Shown here: positions 51,917 through 62,481 of the stretch, one piece after another
How positions within the stretch are numbered: the first letter of the stretch is position 1
Layout: each line of letters begins with the position of its first letter
DNA from: an uncultured delta proteobacterium
GTDB taxonomy: Bacteria > Myxococcota > Myxococcia > Myxococcales > Myxococcaceae
DNA: 64,000 bases
NCBI GenBank assembly: GCA_963771175.1
Contig: CAVYSY010000027.1
Span: 32,001 to 96,000 of the forward strand
Reading direction: 5' to 3'
The notes under the pieces: generated by a model
What the model saw: the letters and a program-made list of their open reading frames with translations, nothing else
What the model was told of the DNA's origin: nothing
Database searches by the model: none
Translations under genes and position numbers: made by a program

Positions 51917-52056
51917 ACCGCCCTAACCTAGGGATGCCTCCCGCCTGTGACCTGTGAAGAGGCGAGGGCCTGCCTGCCCCTCCGCCGTGGAACCTGCCGC
52001 ACGCGCCGTTGTCCAAGGGCTCCGAGAAACGAATCCACCCATTCTGGAGGCAGTCC

Positions 52057-53919
52057 ATGAGGCGGAGTCCCCTCGCCGTCACGGGAGTCGTGTGCGCGCT
52101 GGCCGTTGGGAGCTGGACACTCGGCGGCTGCAGGCGCTCCGAGGACGCACCGGCGAAGCCGACCCAGGCCCAGGCGGAGTCGCCACGGGCGGAGCTCCAG
52201 GCCGGCAAGAAGGACGCGGCACCCGAGGCCAAGATGAAGGTGGCCGAAGCGCCGCGCCCGGTCGCCCCGGGCACCCCGTCGAGCGCGCCTGGCGGGGAGC
52301 CGCCCCAGGCCATGGCGAAGCTCTTCGGCGGGAGCAGTGGAGGAACCGCCCAGGGACTCGGAGGACTCGGCCTGAAGGGGGCGGGCTCCGGCGGGGGTGG
52401 CATGGGCGTGGTGGGCATCGGGGGCATCGGCACCAAGGGCCGGGGGGGAGGCAGTGCCTCCTACGGTTACGGCTCGGGACTCCAGAGCCTGAGCGGCAAG
52501 GCCGGCATGCGAATCCCCACCGCCCACCTTCCCGCCGAGCCGCTCGCCGGCAACACCGAGGAGTACCGCGACCACGGGGTGAATCCCTTCGTCACCACCG
52601 CCGAGGACCGGCTCTCCACCTTCGCCATCGACGTGGACACCGCCTCCTACACCCTCGCGCGGCGCAAGATTCTCGAGGGCACGCCGCCCCCGCGCGAGGC
52701 CGTGCGCGTGGAGGAGTTCCTCAACTACTTCCGCTACTCCTACCCCGAGCCCGAGGGCTCCCCGCTCGCGGTGCACCTGGACGCCGCGCCCTCGCCCTTC
52801 ACCCCCGGCCGGCACCTGCTGCGCGTGGGCGTGCAGGGCAAGCGCCTCAGCATCTCCGAGCGCAAGGCCGCGCACCTCACCTTCCTGGTGGACGTCTCCG
52901 GCTCGATGCAGTCCCCCGACAAGCTGCCGCTCGCGAAGCGCTCGCTGCGCATGCTCGTCGACAACCTGCGCGACGGTGACACCGTGGCGCTCGTCACCTA
53001 CGCGGGCGGCGTGAAGCTCGCGCTGCCTCCCACCGGCCTGGAGCACAAGGCCCGCATCCACGCCGCCATCGAGGACCTCACCGCGGGAGGCTCCACCGCC
53101 ATGGCCTCGGGCATCCAGCTCGCCTACCAGCAGGCGATGAAGACGCTCGATGGGGGCTCCATCTCGCGCGTCATCATCCTCTCCGACGGCGACGCCAACG
53201 TGGGCCCCACCTCCCACGAGGACATCCTCCAGCTCATCCGCGGCCACGTGAAGGAGGGCATCACCGTCACCACCGTGGGCTTCGGCATGGGCAACTACAA
53301 GGACACGGTGATGGAGCAGTTCGCCGACCAGGGCAATGGCAACCACTACTACGTGGACTCGCTCCTGGCCGCGCGCCGCATCTTCCAGGAGCAGCTCGGC
53401 GGCACCCTGGAGGTCATCGCCCAGGACGTGAAGCTCCAGGTGGAGTTCGATCCCGCCCAGGTGGCCCGCTACCGGCTCGTCGGCTACGAGAACCGGGACA
53501 TCGCCGACCGCGACTTCCGCAACGACAAGGTGGACGCGGGCGAGATTGGCTCGGGCCACACCGTCACCGCGCTCTACGAGCTGGAGTTGAAGCCCGGCGC
53601 CGGAGCGGGACTGGCCACCGTGCGCCTCCGCGCCAAGCAGCCCCGGGGCGAGTCGGCCTCGGAGCGCGTGTTCCACTTCCCCGCCGGAGCGCTCGCGGCC
53701 TCCTTCGCCGAGGCCCCCATGGACCTGCGCTTCGCCACCGCCGTCATGGGCGCCGCCGAAATCCTCCGCCGCAGCCCGCACGCCGAGCGCTGGAGCCTCG
53801 ACCAGGCGCTCACGATTGCCCGCGGCGCCACGCCCCAGGGCAACGCCGAGCGCGAGGAGTTCCTCTCAATCCTGAAGCGCGCCCGCTCACTCGTGGGCCG
53901 CGTGGCGCGGGGCCGCTGA
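52057..53919 (+). CDS. YfbK-like vWA domain lipoprotein
   Basis: STFAIDVDTASY, VEEFLNYF, DVSGSM, SDGDANVG, YRLVGYENR, DKVDAGEIG. Confidence 0.92.
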   Translation: MRRSPLAVTGVVCALAVGSWTLGGCRRSEDAPAKPTQAQAESPRAELQAGKKDAAPEAKMKVAEAPRPVAPGTPSSAPGGEPPQAMAKLFGGSSGGTAQGLGGLGLKGAGSGGGGMGVVGIGGIGTKGRGGGSASYGYGSGLQSLSGKAGMRIPTAHLPAEPLAGNTEEYRDHGVNPFVTTAEDRLSTFAIDVDTASYTLARRKILEGTPPPREAVRVEEFLNYFRYSYPEPEGSPLAVHLDAAPSPFTPGRHLLRVGVQGKRLSISERKAAHLTFLVDVSGSMQSPDKLPLAKRSLRMLVDNLRDGDTVALVTYAGGVKLALPPTGLEHKARIHAAIEDLTAGGSTAMASGIQLAYQQAMKTLDGGSISRVIILSDGDANVGPTSHEDILQLIRGHVKEGITVTTVGFGMGNYKDTVMEQFADQGNGNHYYVDSLLAARRIFQEQLGGTLEVIAQDVKLQVEFDPAQVARYRLVGYENRDIADRDFRNDKVDAGEIGSGHTVTALYELELKPGAGAGLATVRLRAKQPRGESASERVFHFPAGALAASFAEAPMDLRFATAVMGAAEILRRSPHAERWSLDQALTIARGATPQGNAEREEFLSILKRARSLVGRVARGR

Positions 53920-53955
53920 GCCCGTCGGGTGATGCGCACCCAACCTTCGAGCGAG

Positions 53956-54792
53956 CTATGGGGAGAAAGTAGCACCCACTCCCAGAGCCGGTGGCTGCGC
54001 AGGAGCAGGGGCCAGCAACGCATCAACGAACGCGCGGAACATCTTCACACGTGGGAGGTCGAGGGCCTCTTCGTCGATCCACCGGTTGTCCTGGAGCGAC
54101 ATCTGGATGGCTTTTCCGGGCCGAAGAACGGAGCCAATGGCTCCGACGATTGCCTTCCGCCGACCCGCTGGCTTCAGGAAGTCCACGAGGTCTTCCTTGG
54201 CGTACGGTGGGGTCTCGGCCTTCACGGAGTCGACATGGGTGCGCGCGGAAGCGAGGAGCTGGGGGTATTGCTTCTCCGCGCATTCGATGAGCAGGTCTTC
54301 GAGCGTACCAGCGCTCACATTGTCCGGAAGGACGAAGATTCCAATTCGAGGCGGGCCTTCGACCACCCGACCCGGGTCTACAGCCAGGGGGAGTTTCGCG
54401 TCGGCGAGTCCCTTCGAGATGGTGGCGAAGCGCTCGCTTGCCGACTTCTTCTGGTCGGAGTCGAGCACGATGCCGATGGCATGGAGCTCATCGGCCCCGG
54501 GCTGATCGACTGTGTTCCTGACGCGGATGGCACTGGTGAGCAGTTGACTGTCACCGGTCACCGCGTCGATGGCTACCGACACAGTGTCGTTCTGGAAGAA
54601 CGCCGGGACCTGCACGCGCTTCAGCAGGTCGGTTGACCCGAGCGGAGAGGGCCAACTGGTCGGCAGCAGCGGAACCCAGAACGGGGCGAGCTGGGGCTTG
54701 TGCTGGATCCGCTTTAGCCCCTGGAGCTTGAGGAACCGCGCCACGAACTCGACATCATGCGGACCCTCGACAGCGAAATAGACGTATCGCAT
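53956..54792 (-). CDS. TOPRIM-like protein (DUF3226/DUF4435-like)
   Basis: FAVEGPHD, IVLDSD, FVLPDN..GTLEDLL. Confidence 0.7.
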   Translation of the reverse strand: MRYVYFAVEGPHDVEFVARFLKLQGLKRIQHKPQLAPFWVPLLPTSWPSPLGSTDLLKRVQVPAFFQNDTVSVAIDAVTGDSQLLTSAIRVRNTVDQPGADELHAIGIVLDSDQKKSASERFATISKGLADAKLPLAVDPGRVVEGPPRIGIFVLPDNVSAGTLEDLLIECAEKQYPQLLASARTHVDSVKAETPPYAKEDLVDFLKPAGRRKAIVGAIGSVLRPGKAIQMSLQDNRWIDEEALDLPRVKMFRAFVDALLAPAPAQPPALGVGATFSP

Positions 54793-54795
54793 GGG

Positions 54796-55878
54796 CTATC
54801 GCACTTCGAGGCCGCGCTCGAACCGCATCCACTTGAGCTGCTCCTCACCGTAGCGCTTGACGACGCTCTGTCCCTCATGTCGGCCGAGCTTGAACGCGAC
54901 GACGTCCTCCTCGGGAGTCGTATCCGCGGCGAGCAGCGCGTCGATGGCTTCGAGGCTGTGCGTCGTCACGAAGAGCTGGACATCGAGCTCGCGACAGACG
55001 CGGACGAGCCAGGAATACACGCCACCCAGCGCGCTCACGTGGATGCCGGTCTCTATCTCGTCGATGAGCAGGAGGCCCCCCTTCGCTTTCACGACGGACT
55101 CAGCGAGGAGCAACGTGCGACGGATGCCGTCGCCATAGACGCTCAGTGGCACGGGCCCATACGTCGCATGTGTCACGTAGAGTACCGGCTCATCCTCGGG
55201 TTGCAGAATCTCGAGCCCCCGGATCTCCGGATCGAGGAGGGAGAGCAAGGTGGTCAGGTCCTGACTGGTGCCCTCCAGTCGAGCCTGGGAGTAGCCACGA
55301 ATGGGAACCGTTGGCATCCAGTGATGGTAGGCAAGTACCATCTCGCAGTGCGGCCCCCCGCTCTTCCGGCCAACTGAACCGATGTGCTCGCCCTGCCACA
55401 ACGTAAAGGTGTGCATCCTCTCATGGTCTGCCGTGCGAGATTCGATCTGAAGCTCGGCACCGGGAGTCTCGCGCTCCGGAGCACTGACCCTTCCTCGATA
55501 AACCGGGGGTTGCCGCATGGCAACCACTCGCTTGAACCTCGCCTTTATCGCCGTGATGGGAATCCGCCCTTCGGCGTTGATGACCACTTCCGCGCGATCA
55601 AGCTCAGGCAGCTCGCTCGGCGGGAAGAGCCACCTGAGCCGGTCGGTACGCGAAAGACGACGCAAGGGTATCTGCTGCGAGGGTTCCCGCTGTTGCGCAA
55701 GGCGGAGCCACCATGTCGGGTCGAGAGGTCGCGACATCAATGCGATGGCCTCGAGCACGCTCGTCTTCCCACTATCGTTCAGTCCGACAAGCAGGTTGAC
55801 GCGCCCCAGCTTCTCCAACTTCAGGTGGCGAAGGCCACGAAACGCCGTGATGTCGAGGTGCTCGATGGGAAGGGGCAT
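54796..55878 (-). CDS. AAA15/AAA21 ABC-like ATPase
   Basis: FRGL, GLNDSGKT (Walker A), YGDGIRR, LLIDEIETGIH (Walker B), TTHS. Confidence 0.88.
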   Translation of the reverse strand: MPLPIEHLDITAFRGLRHLKLEKLGRVNLLVGLNDSGKTSVLEAIALMSRPLDPTWWLRLAQQREPSQQIPLRRLSRTDRLRWLFPPSELPELDRAEVVINAEGRIPITAIKARFKRVVAMRQPPVYRGRVSAPERETPGAELQIESRTADHERMHTFTLWQGEHIGSVGRKSGGPHCEMVLAYHHWMPTVPIRGYSQARLEGTSQDLTTLLSLLDPEIRGLEILQPEDEPVLYVTHATYGPVPLSVYGDGIRRTLLLAESVVKAKGGLLLIDEIETGIHVSALGGVYSWLVRVCRELDVQLFVTTHSLEAIDALLAADTTPEEDVVAFKLGRHEGQSVVKRYGEEQLKWMRFERGLEVR

Positions 55879-56030
55879 GACGTCCTCGCCGGCCAGGAGC
55901 GTAGCGAAGGACCGACCCCGAACCGACCGGGATGGATCTTCGGTGGTTTGACGTGCGAGCGCCACATTTGCGTGTAGGCGAGCCGGGTCCTTGTTGACGT
56001 CTGGGGGGTTGACCGTGCGGAAGTGAGCCC

Positions 56031-56799
56031 ATGACCTCCCCCCACCTCCCGAAGCTCGTCCTGTGCGAGCTCGGGGAAACCACCGTCCCCGGCCTGGAGA
56101 GCTATTCGCCGTTCTGCCTCAAGGTGCACCGGGGCCTGAAGTACCTGGGCCTCCCCTACGAGCGCCGCCACGGCATGCCCAACAGCTTCAAGAAGTACCA
56201 CCCCACCGGCCAGGTGCCCGTCCTGCTCATCGGCGACACCGAGGCCGTGGGCGACTCCACCGACATCCTCAAGCGAATCCAGACGCTCGCGGGCCGCACC
56301 TTCCACGGCACGAACGACCCGAAGCTCGCCGCCGAGGCCGTCCTCTGGGAGGAACTCGCGGACAACGCGCTCGCCGGCTTCGTCATGGCCTCCCGCTGGG
56401 CCGATGACCGCAACTGGCCCAGGTTCCGCGACGCCGCCTTCGCCGGCATGCCCGGGTTGCTGCGGAGTGTCATCGGCGGTCAGGTGCGCAAGCGCATCGT
56501 CAAGGGTCTGGTGGCGCGCGACATCTGGCGCGCGGGCCCAGAGGTCTGCTGGCGCCGCTTCCAGGAGACCGCTCGACGCGCTGGAGGCCCGCGCTCCCGA
56601 GGAGGGCTTCTGGCTGAGCGCCTTCTCCACCGCGGACATCGCCCTGTTCGGCCTGCTCCACAGCCTGCGCAATGAGCTCACCGCGTGGCAGCGCGATCAG
56701 CTCGCCGCCCGCCCGCGGCTGACGCGCTACCTGGATCGGGTGGACGCGGCCACGAAGGGCTCGGATTCGGCCGGCGGGTCGCGCGCGTCCGCGGCGTAG
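56031..56799 (+). CDS. Glutathione S-transferase family protein; frameshift near 56570
   Basis: SPFCLKV, GQVPVL, DSTDI, STADIALFG. Confidence 0.85.
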
Positions 56800-56875
56800 C
56801 GGGGACGCTTCCCGGGCCGGGGCCCCTTCGTCCCGGTTTACAGCCCCGCCCGGGTTGAAGTAGGGCCAAGGACCT

Positions 56876-57484
56876 ATGCCCATCCTCGCTCTCGTCCGAC
56901 ACGGACAGTCCCTGTGGAACCATGAGAACCGCTTCACCGGCTTCGTGGACGTGCCCCTGACCGAGAAGGGCCGCGCCGAGGCCCGGCAGGCGGCCAGGAC
57001 CCTCGAGGGCCTCACGTTCGACGTGGCCTACACCTCGGCCCTCACCCGCGCCCAGGAGACGCTGGCCATCATCCTCGAGTCGCTCGGCCAGCGCATCCCC
57101 GTCATCCGCGACGCCGCCCTCAACGAGCGCCACTACGGCGACCTCCAGGGTCTCAACAAGGAAGACGCCGCCAAGCGCTGGGGCGATGACCAGGTGAAGA
57201 AGTGGCGCCGCTCCTATGACGTGCCGCCCCCCAATGGCGAGTCCCTGGAGATGACCGCCAAGCGCGTGCTGCCCTTCTACGACCGCGCCATCAGCGGCGA
57301 CCTGCGCCTGGGCAAGAACGTGCTCGTGGTGGCCCACGGCAACTCCAACCGCTCCCTGGTGATGAAGCTCGACAAGCTCACCGGTGAGCAGGTGGTGGGC
57401 CTGGAGCTCGCCACTGGCGTGCCGCTCGTCTACGAGCTGTCCACCGAGTGCGAAGTCCTCCTGAAGCGCTCCCATACGCCGTGA
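56876..57484 (+). CDS. gpmA: 2,3-bisphosphoglycerate-dependent phosphoglycerate mutase
   Basis: RHGQS.WN.ENRFTG, LNERHYG.LQG, WRRSYD, AHGNS. Confidence 0.93.
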   Translation: MPILALVRHGQSLWNHENRFTGFVDVPLTEKGRAEARQAARTLEGLTFDVAYTSALTRAQETLAIILESLGQRIPVIRDAALNERHYGDLQGLNKEDAAKRWGDDQVKKWRRSYDVPPPNGESLEMTAKRVLPFYDRAISGDLRLGKNVLVVAHGNSNRSLVMKLDKLTGEQVVGLELATGVPLVYELSTECEVLLKRSHTP

Positions 57485-57490
57485 GCAAGG

Positions 57491-57523
57491 CGGCGGGCGG
57501 CACTTCGCCCGCCGTTGAAAAAA
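57491..57523. terminator. Hairpin after gpmA
   Basis: cggcgggcg / cgcccgccg 9-bp stem followed by ttgaaaaaa. Confidence 0.55.
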
Positions 57524-57812
57524 GCCATTGCAAATCCGGGGACGCGGCGTACCTTGCTCTCGACGCGTCCTCCGCGTCTCTCATGATCTCCTCTCGCTGA
57601 CCACCACTCCGCCCCGCGGCCCTTCGAGGTGAATCGCCTATCGCTTCCGGTAGGCCGGTCGCCCGTGCGTCGCGTCTGAGCCGGTGAAGGCGGAGTGGGG
57701 TACCCGACAAGCGAACGCTCCGAGGCCATGTCACTGACCGACAGTCGTGACCTCGTGCTCGCGTGTCGGCTCGTCCGCGACCCCAACCCGCAGTGCTGAA
57801 TTGGAGAGCTGT

Positions 57813-58307
57813 ATGAGAGCCGAAACCGTTTTCAATATCTTCAGCTATGGCGTGTTTCCCGCGTGGGCGCTGCTGATGTTCGCACCGCGCTGGAAGTGGA
57901 CACTGCGACTGATCCACTCCGTCCTGATACCGGTGATGCTGGGCCTGGCGCATCTCGGCCTGATGGTGGGCCTGACCCTGGGTGCCGCCATCCCCGAGGG
58001 AGCCAACGCGGCGACCCTCCAGGGCGCTATGTTGCTCTTCAGCGACCCCTGGGTGGCGGTGCTCTGTTGGATCCACTACCTGGCGTTCGACGTGTTCCTC
58101 GGCGCGTGGATCGTCCGGGATGCGGGGCGTCACAAGCTCCCCCACCTGGCGGTGGCCCCCTGCGTCCTGTTGACGATGTTCTATGGCCCGACAGGGCTCC
58201 TCGTGTACCTCACCCTCCGGTTCTTCATGCGCAGGACGGTCACCCTCAACGAGGAACCCGAGACCGCGAAGGTCGACGCTCCCCAGGAACAACTGGCGAG
58301 CGTCTGA
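57813..58307 (+). CDS. ABA4-like (DUF4281) membrane protein
   Basis: W.LLMFAPRWKWT, TL.G...LF, WIHYLAFDVF.G.WI.RDA, GPTGLL.Y. Confidence 0.85.
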   Translation: MRAETVFNIFSYGVFPAWALLMFAPRWKWTLRLIHSVLIPVMLGLAHLGLMVGLTLGAAIPEGANAATLQGAMLLFSDPWVAVLCWIHYLAFDVFLGAWIVRDAGRHKLPHLAVAPCVLLTMFYGPTGLLVYLTLRFFMRRTVTLNEEPETAKVDAPQEQLASV

Positions 58308-58329
58308 CGGCCAGGGGCGGCGGGAAGGC

Positions 58330-60154
58330 TCACCCCAGCAGCGCGAGCAGCCCGGCGAGTCCCACGAAGAGGAAGTAGAGCGACTCGCCGGCGATGAGTC
58401 CGCCGCCCACCAGCGAGGTGGTGCTCATGTCCTCGGGCAGCGCCTCGCCGTCGCCGGGCGAGCCCGCCGGGTGCGGCGCCGGCCTGTGCATCAGCGTGTT
58501 CCACACCGAGGAGAGGATGCCGCCCACGCCGAACCACAGCGCCGCCGGCAGCTCACGAAGCCGCCGAAGGACGAGGCGTAGGGGCTGGGCAGCAGCACCG
58601 AGTCCATCGTCCACCCCACCGCGAAGCCCGCGCGCGAGCCCTTCACGAAGCCCTGGTAGCGCTCGCTGCGCTTGAGCAGCTTGCGCACCACCTCGATGGT
58701 GAAGCCCAGCGCGAGGCCGAGCAGCAGCGCCTTCACCGTGTAGTCCGACAGGGAGCCCAGGCTCCGGATGGCGCCGACGAACTTGTACGTCATCGCCGAC
58801 TGCCACTGGCCCACCTCCGCCTCCGGGTTGTCGAGCTGGTTGATGGCCAGCACCGGGTAGGCGCTCATGAAGACGCGCGCCAGCACCACGCACAGCACCG
58901 CGCCCATGACGATGCCGATGACCTGGTAGCGGAACTGGATGACGCGGTCGGTGCCCAGGCGCCAGCCCGTCGAGCGGTCCTGCTGCATGTCGCTGCCGAC
59001 CGAGGTGCAGATGAGCAGGATGCTCGCGGCCATCAGCCCCACCAGCGGGTTCTTGCAGCCCCAGCGGCGACATCAGCAGCACCGAGATGACGAAGGCGCT
59101 CGAGATGGGGTTCTGGTCGGTGATGCCGTAGGAGATGCCGTTGATGAGCACGAAGAGCAGCGACAGCCCGAGGCCGAAGACGATGAAGCCCAGCGGGCTG
59201 CTGCAGCAGCTGCGTGGCCACCACGACCACCGCCACGCCCCAGAAGACCACCCACGCGCAGCAGCTTCGGCAGGTTCACCTGCTTCCACGCGGGCACCTC
59301 GTCGGCCGGCGCCTTGGCCGCGGTTGCGCACCCGCTCCACCGCCTGCACCGCCAGCAGCGACAGGTCGACGATCGCCGCGCCGCAGATCATCGCCAGCCC
59401 GATGAGGAAGCCGATCTTGCGGAACGGCTCGTCCGGCTCCAGCCAGCCGATGCTCCGCAGGTAGGGCGTGAGCGCAGGCCGACGAGCGCCGCCGATGACG
59501 GCCGGCACGGCGATGCGGCGCCCACGATCATGCCCGCGCCGATGGTGGAGGCGCTCAGGCCGATGGCGCCCAGGGCGGCCACGCGCTCGGTGAGCCCACG
59601 CCACCGACCGCGCCCACGCCGCGTGCCGCCGCCGAGCTTGGCGATCGAGCGCCTTCAGCAGGCGCTTGTCGGTGAGCGCGCGCAGGATGTTGGCGACCGC
59701 GTAGCCCGAGGGGTAGTCGAGCTGCATCCGGTCCACGAGCAGCGGCGTGTAGAGCATGCCCACGCCCGACGCCGAACATGCCGATGCAGCTCACGAAGAG
59801 CATCAGCTGCCAGGCGGGCGGCTGCGGCATGCCCAGCCACACCATGGCCTGGATGAGCACGCGCCATGCGCGCACATCGAGGCCACCGAGGCGGCCATCG
59901 TCTGCATGTAGTTGGCGCCGTGCTTGCCCTCGGGCGCCGTAGCCGTAGGTGACGACGCTGCCGAGGATGCCGGCCAGCACCTGCCCGCCGACGAAGAAGC
60001 CGAGGCTGAAGTTCATGTACGCGGCGGCGATGCCCCCGAGCGGCCCGAGGATGAAGATGGCCACCGCGCTCAGCAGCAGGTGGAACTTCCACGAGCCCTG
60101 CTCGGGCAGCCAGCCGAAGCGCGGGGCCGGAAGGGGTGAGGCGGGCGTGTCCAT
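58330..60154 (-). CDS. OPT/YSL family oligopeptide transporter; many frameshifts
   Basis: YMNFSLG, LDYPSG.AVA, GITDQNPIS, DMQQDRSTG, GGGLIAGES. Confidence 0.8.
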
Positions 60155-60194
60155 GGGAGCCGGAGGCTACCCGTTCCCGAGGCTGCCCGCCTCT

Positions 60195-61484
60195 TCACTC
60201 CAGACGGTGGTTCCTGGCGTAATCGGCCAGGAGCTTCCTCACCCTGGGGGCCCGCGCATCGCTCGGTGCGAGGAGCAGGAACGTCCGATAGTACATCGCG
60301 CCCTGCTCGGGCTGGCCGATACGGGCCTTGAGGGCTCCCAGCGCCAGGTAGCACGGGGCATAGGCCGGCTCGACCTTGAGGCACTCCAACAGGCGCAGCT
60401 GCGCCTCGGGGAGCATGGGCGTGTTGCGCGAGAGCGCCACTCCCTCTTCGTAGAGGCGCTTCGCCGTGCCCGCGCCACTCTCCCGGAGCTCGGTGGATGC
60501 CGGCGCCATCCCCGGCGTGCGCCCCTTCGAGGAGATGCGCAGCTCCACCTCCCCCTGGTTGTCCTCCGGGTCATCGTCGATGAAACCGCACCACACCGCG
60601 CTCGCGCCCCGCACGTCCACGGGCCTCCCCTCGATGAGGAGGAACTGCTGCTCGCGGAGGAGCTCGTTCAGGTCGCCTCCCAGGTATAGGACCTCCTCGG
60701 AGGACCGCCGCGCGCAGGCCACCTTCCGGCTCACGCCCCCGTTCGGCCCCCGGGTGCGTGCCCCCTCCCCCACCGGGGCCAGGGTGAGCTGGTACGTGAG
60801 CATCGCATTCAGGCCCTTCAGCTCGAAGGCCCTGCTCAGCGAGGCGCTGGCCTGGCTCGTGTGGATGGTGACGGTGGCGCCCTCGTGTGTCCTCACATTC
60901 TCCACCCGCACCATGCGCCGGGACTGCTCGCCCTCCACCCCGGGGCCCACGGAGAAGAACATCGCGGCGCGCGCTCCCGTCACCCGTACTTCCGAAGCAC
61001 CCGAGACCATTCCCACCGCCTCGTCCGCCGACAGCCCCTCGCCCGCGAGCAGGAAGAACAACGGCGGACGCTGCTGGGACATGACGAGCTCGGTGATGAC
61101 GTAGGTCTCCTCGGGTTCCAGCCGGGTGAGCGCCGCGAACGCCGTGGACACCCGAAAGAGGTCCCTGCGCGCATCCAGCCGGAGAGAGCCGACCGGGAAC
61201 GTGGCCGAGCCCCGAGCCTCCTCCGCGGGCGGCGCCGCCACGGTGGGAGGGGGCGGCTCCACCACGGGCGAGGGCGCCGGAGCGGGTGGAGGTGGCTCGG
61301 CGGGAAGCGGCCGAGCCTGCTCCGAAGCGGCCTCGGCGGCCTTCGTCTCCACGGCGGCGCGCAGCGTCCCCGGCGGCCGGTTCGCGACCACCACCGCGGC
61401 CACCAGCCCGCTCAGCATCACCCCGCCCACGGCCACGGCCATGAGCTCGTTCCGACCGAATCGTCTTCTGGAGGGGGGCGCCAT
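60195..61484 (-). CDS. Membrane-anchored Pro-rich protein with C-terminal TPR
   Basis: TM helix, PPPPAPAP linker, GFIDDDPEDNQG, TPR-like CLKVEP..CYLALG..YRTFL.LAP; start uncertain. Confidence 0.65.
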   Translation of the reverse strand: MAPPSRRRFGRNELMAVAVGGVMLSGLVAAVVVANRPPGTLRAAVETKAAEAASEQARPLPAEPPPPAPAPSPVVEPPPPTVAAPPAEEARGSATFPVGSLRLDARRDLFRVSTAFAALTRLEPEETYVITELVMSQQRPPLFFLLAGEGLSADEAVGMVSGASEVRVTGARAAMFFSVGPGVEGEQSRRMVRVENVRTHEGATVTIHTSQASASLSRAFELKGLNAMLTYQLTLAPVGEGARTRGPNGGVSRKVACARRSSEEVLYLGGDLNELLREQQFLLIEGRPVDVRGASAVWCGFIDDDPEDNQGEVELRISSKGRTPGMAPASTELRESGAGTAKRLYEEGVALSRNTPMLPEAQLRLLECLKVEPAYAPCYLALGALKARIGQPEQGAMYYRTFLLLAPSDARAPRVRKLLADYARNHRLE

Positions 61485-61550
61485 CCCGGGAATGCTACCC
61501 CAGGTCGAGACTCCCGCTCGGGGCTCCACCTGGAGGAGGACGCCGCGCGA

Positions 61551-61889
61551 CTACGGCTGGCAGACTCCCGGGCAGTCCGCCGCGCGCTGTGGATCGCACG
61601 TGTCCGTGGGGTCATCCACGCACGTCTGGTTCAGCCCCAGGCACGCCCCATAGGCGAGGCCGCCACAACACACGACGTAGCCCTGCGGCACGTCACAGGG
61701 CGTGGCGAAGCGCACGCAGTCACCGCCCGCGGCCGGTCGCGCGTACCGGACCACCTGGACACAGGCTCCGGCATCGGAACCGGGGGCGCCCGCGTCGGGC
61801 GACTCGGAGTCCACGGGTGGGGCGCCGGAGTCACACGCGAGCAGGCCGCACGCCGAGGACAGCAGGAACAGACGCAGGAGGGAGTTCAT
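61551..61889 (-). CDS. Small Cys-rich lipoprotein
   Basis: GLLAC lipobox, DAG repeats, about 10 Cys incl. CVDDPTDTCDP..ADCPGVC. Confidence 0.75.
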   Translation of the reverse strand: MNSLLRLFLLSSACGLLACDSGAPPVDSESPDAGAPGSDAGACVQVVRYARPAAGGDCVRFATPCDVPQGYVVCCGGLAYGACLGLNQTCVDDPTDTCDPQRAADCPGVCQP

Positions 61890-61898
61890 GGCTCACGC

Positions 61899-62387
61899 TC
61901 AGATACGGGAAAAGGACCAGCTCACCGCGTGACCATTGGCATAGGGCATGACGCCGTGGAAGGCCCGGGGGTCCGCATCGAACACCAGCGGAAGGAAGTG
62001 CCGGTCTCCATCCCACAGCGGCAGGCTCATGATGTCCTTCACCGGAACCCAGGAGAGGGTGCCCTCCACATTGCGCTCATGGGGCGTGCCCTCGAAGCGG
62101 TCGATGCGGAAGATGAAGCCGAGCCAGTCCTCGCCCTTGGGCCCGAAGCCGGGCCAGTTGATGGTGCCGCGCAGCGTCAGGTCCGTGCACTCGATGCCGG
62201 CCTCCTCGCGAATCTCGCGGCGCATGCAGGAGACCACGTCCTCGCCCGGGTCCATCTTCCCGCCGAGGCCGTTGTACTTGCCGAGGTGCGCATCGTTGGG
62301 ACGCGCGTTGCGGTGGATGAGGAGCACCTTCGTCCCGTCCGGGGACATGATGTAACCAAGGGTGCCGATGATGGGCGTGTAGGGCAT
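61899..62387 (-). CDS. NUDIX hydrolase (8-oxo-dGTPase-like)
   Basis: GKYNGLGGKMDPGE..CMRREIREEAG, EGTL.W, LWDGD. Confidence 0.9.
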   Translation of the reverse strand: MPYTPIIGTLGYIMSPDGTKVLLIHRNARPNDAHLGKYNGLGGKMDPGEDVVSCMRREIREEAGIECTDLTLRGTINWPGFGPKGEDWLGFIFRIDRFEGTPHERNVEGTLSWVPVKDIMSLPLWDGDRHFLPLVFDADPRAFHGVMPYANGHAVSWSFSRI

Positions 62388-62481
62388 GGGCAGGGCTCTT
62401 ATCGCTCGGGACCCACCTCGCAAGAAGTCAGGAGGTAGGCGCCCGGTATCCTACTCCTGGCGCCCATGGCATCCCGAGAAC

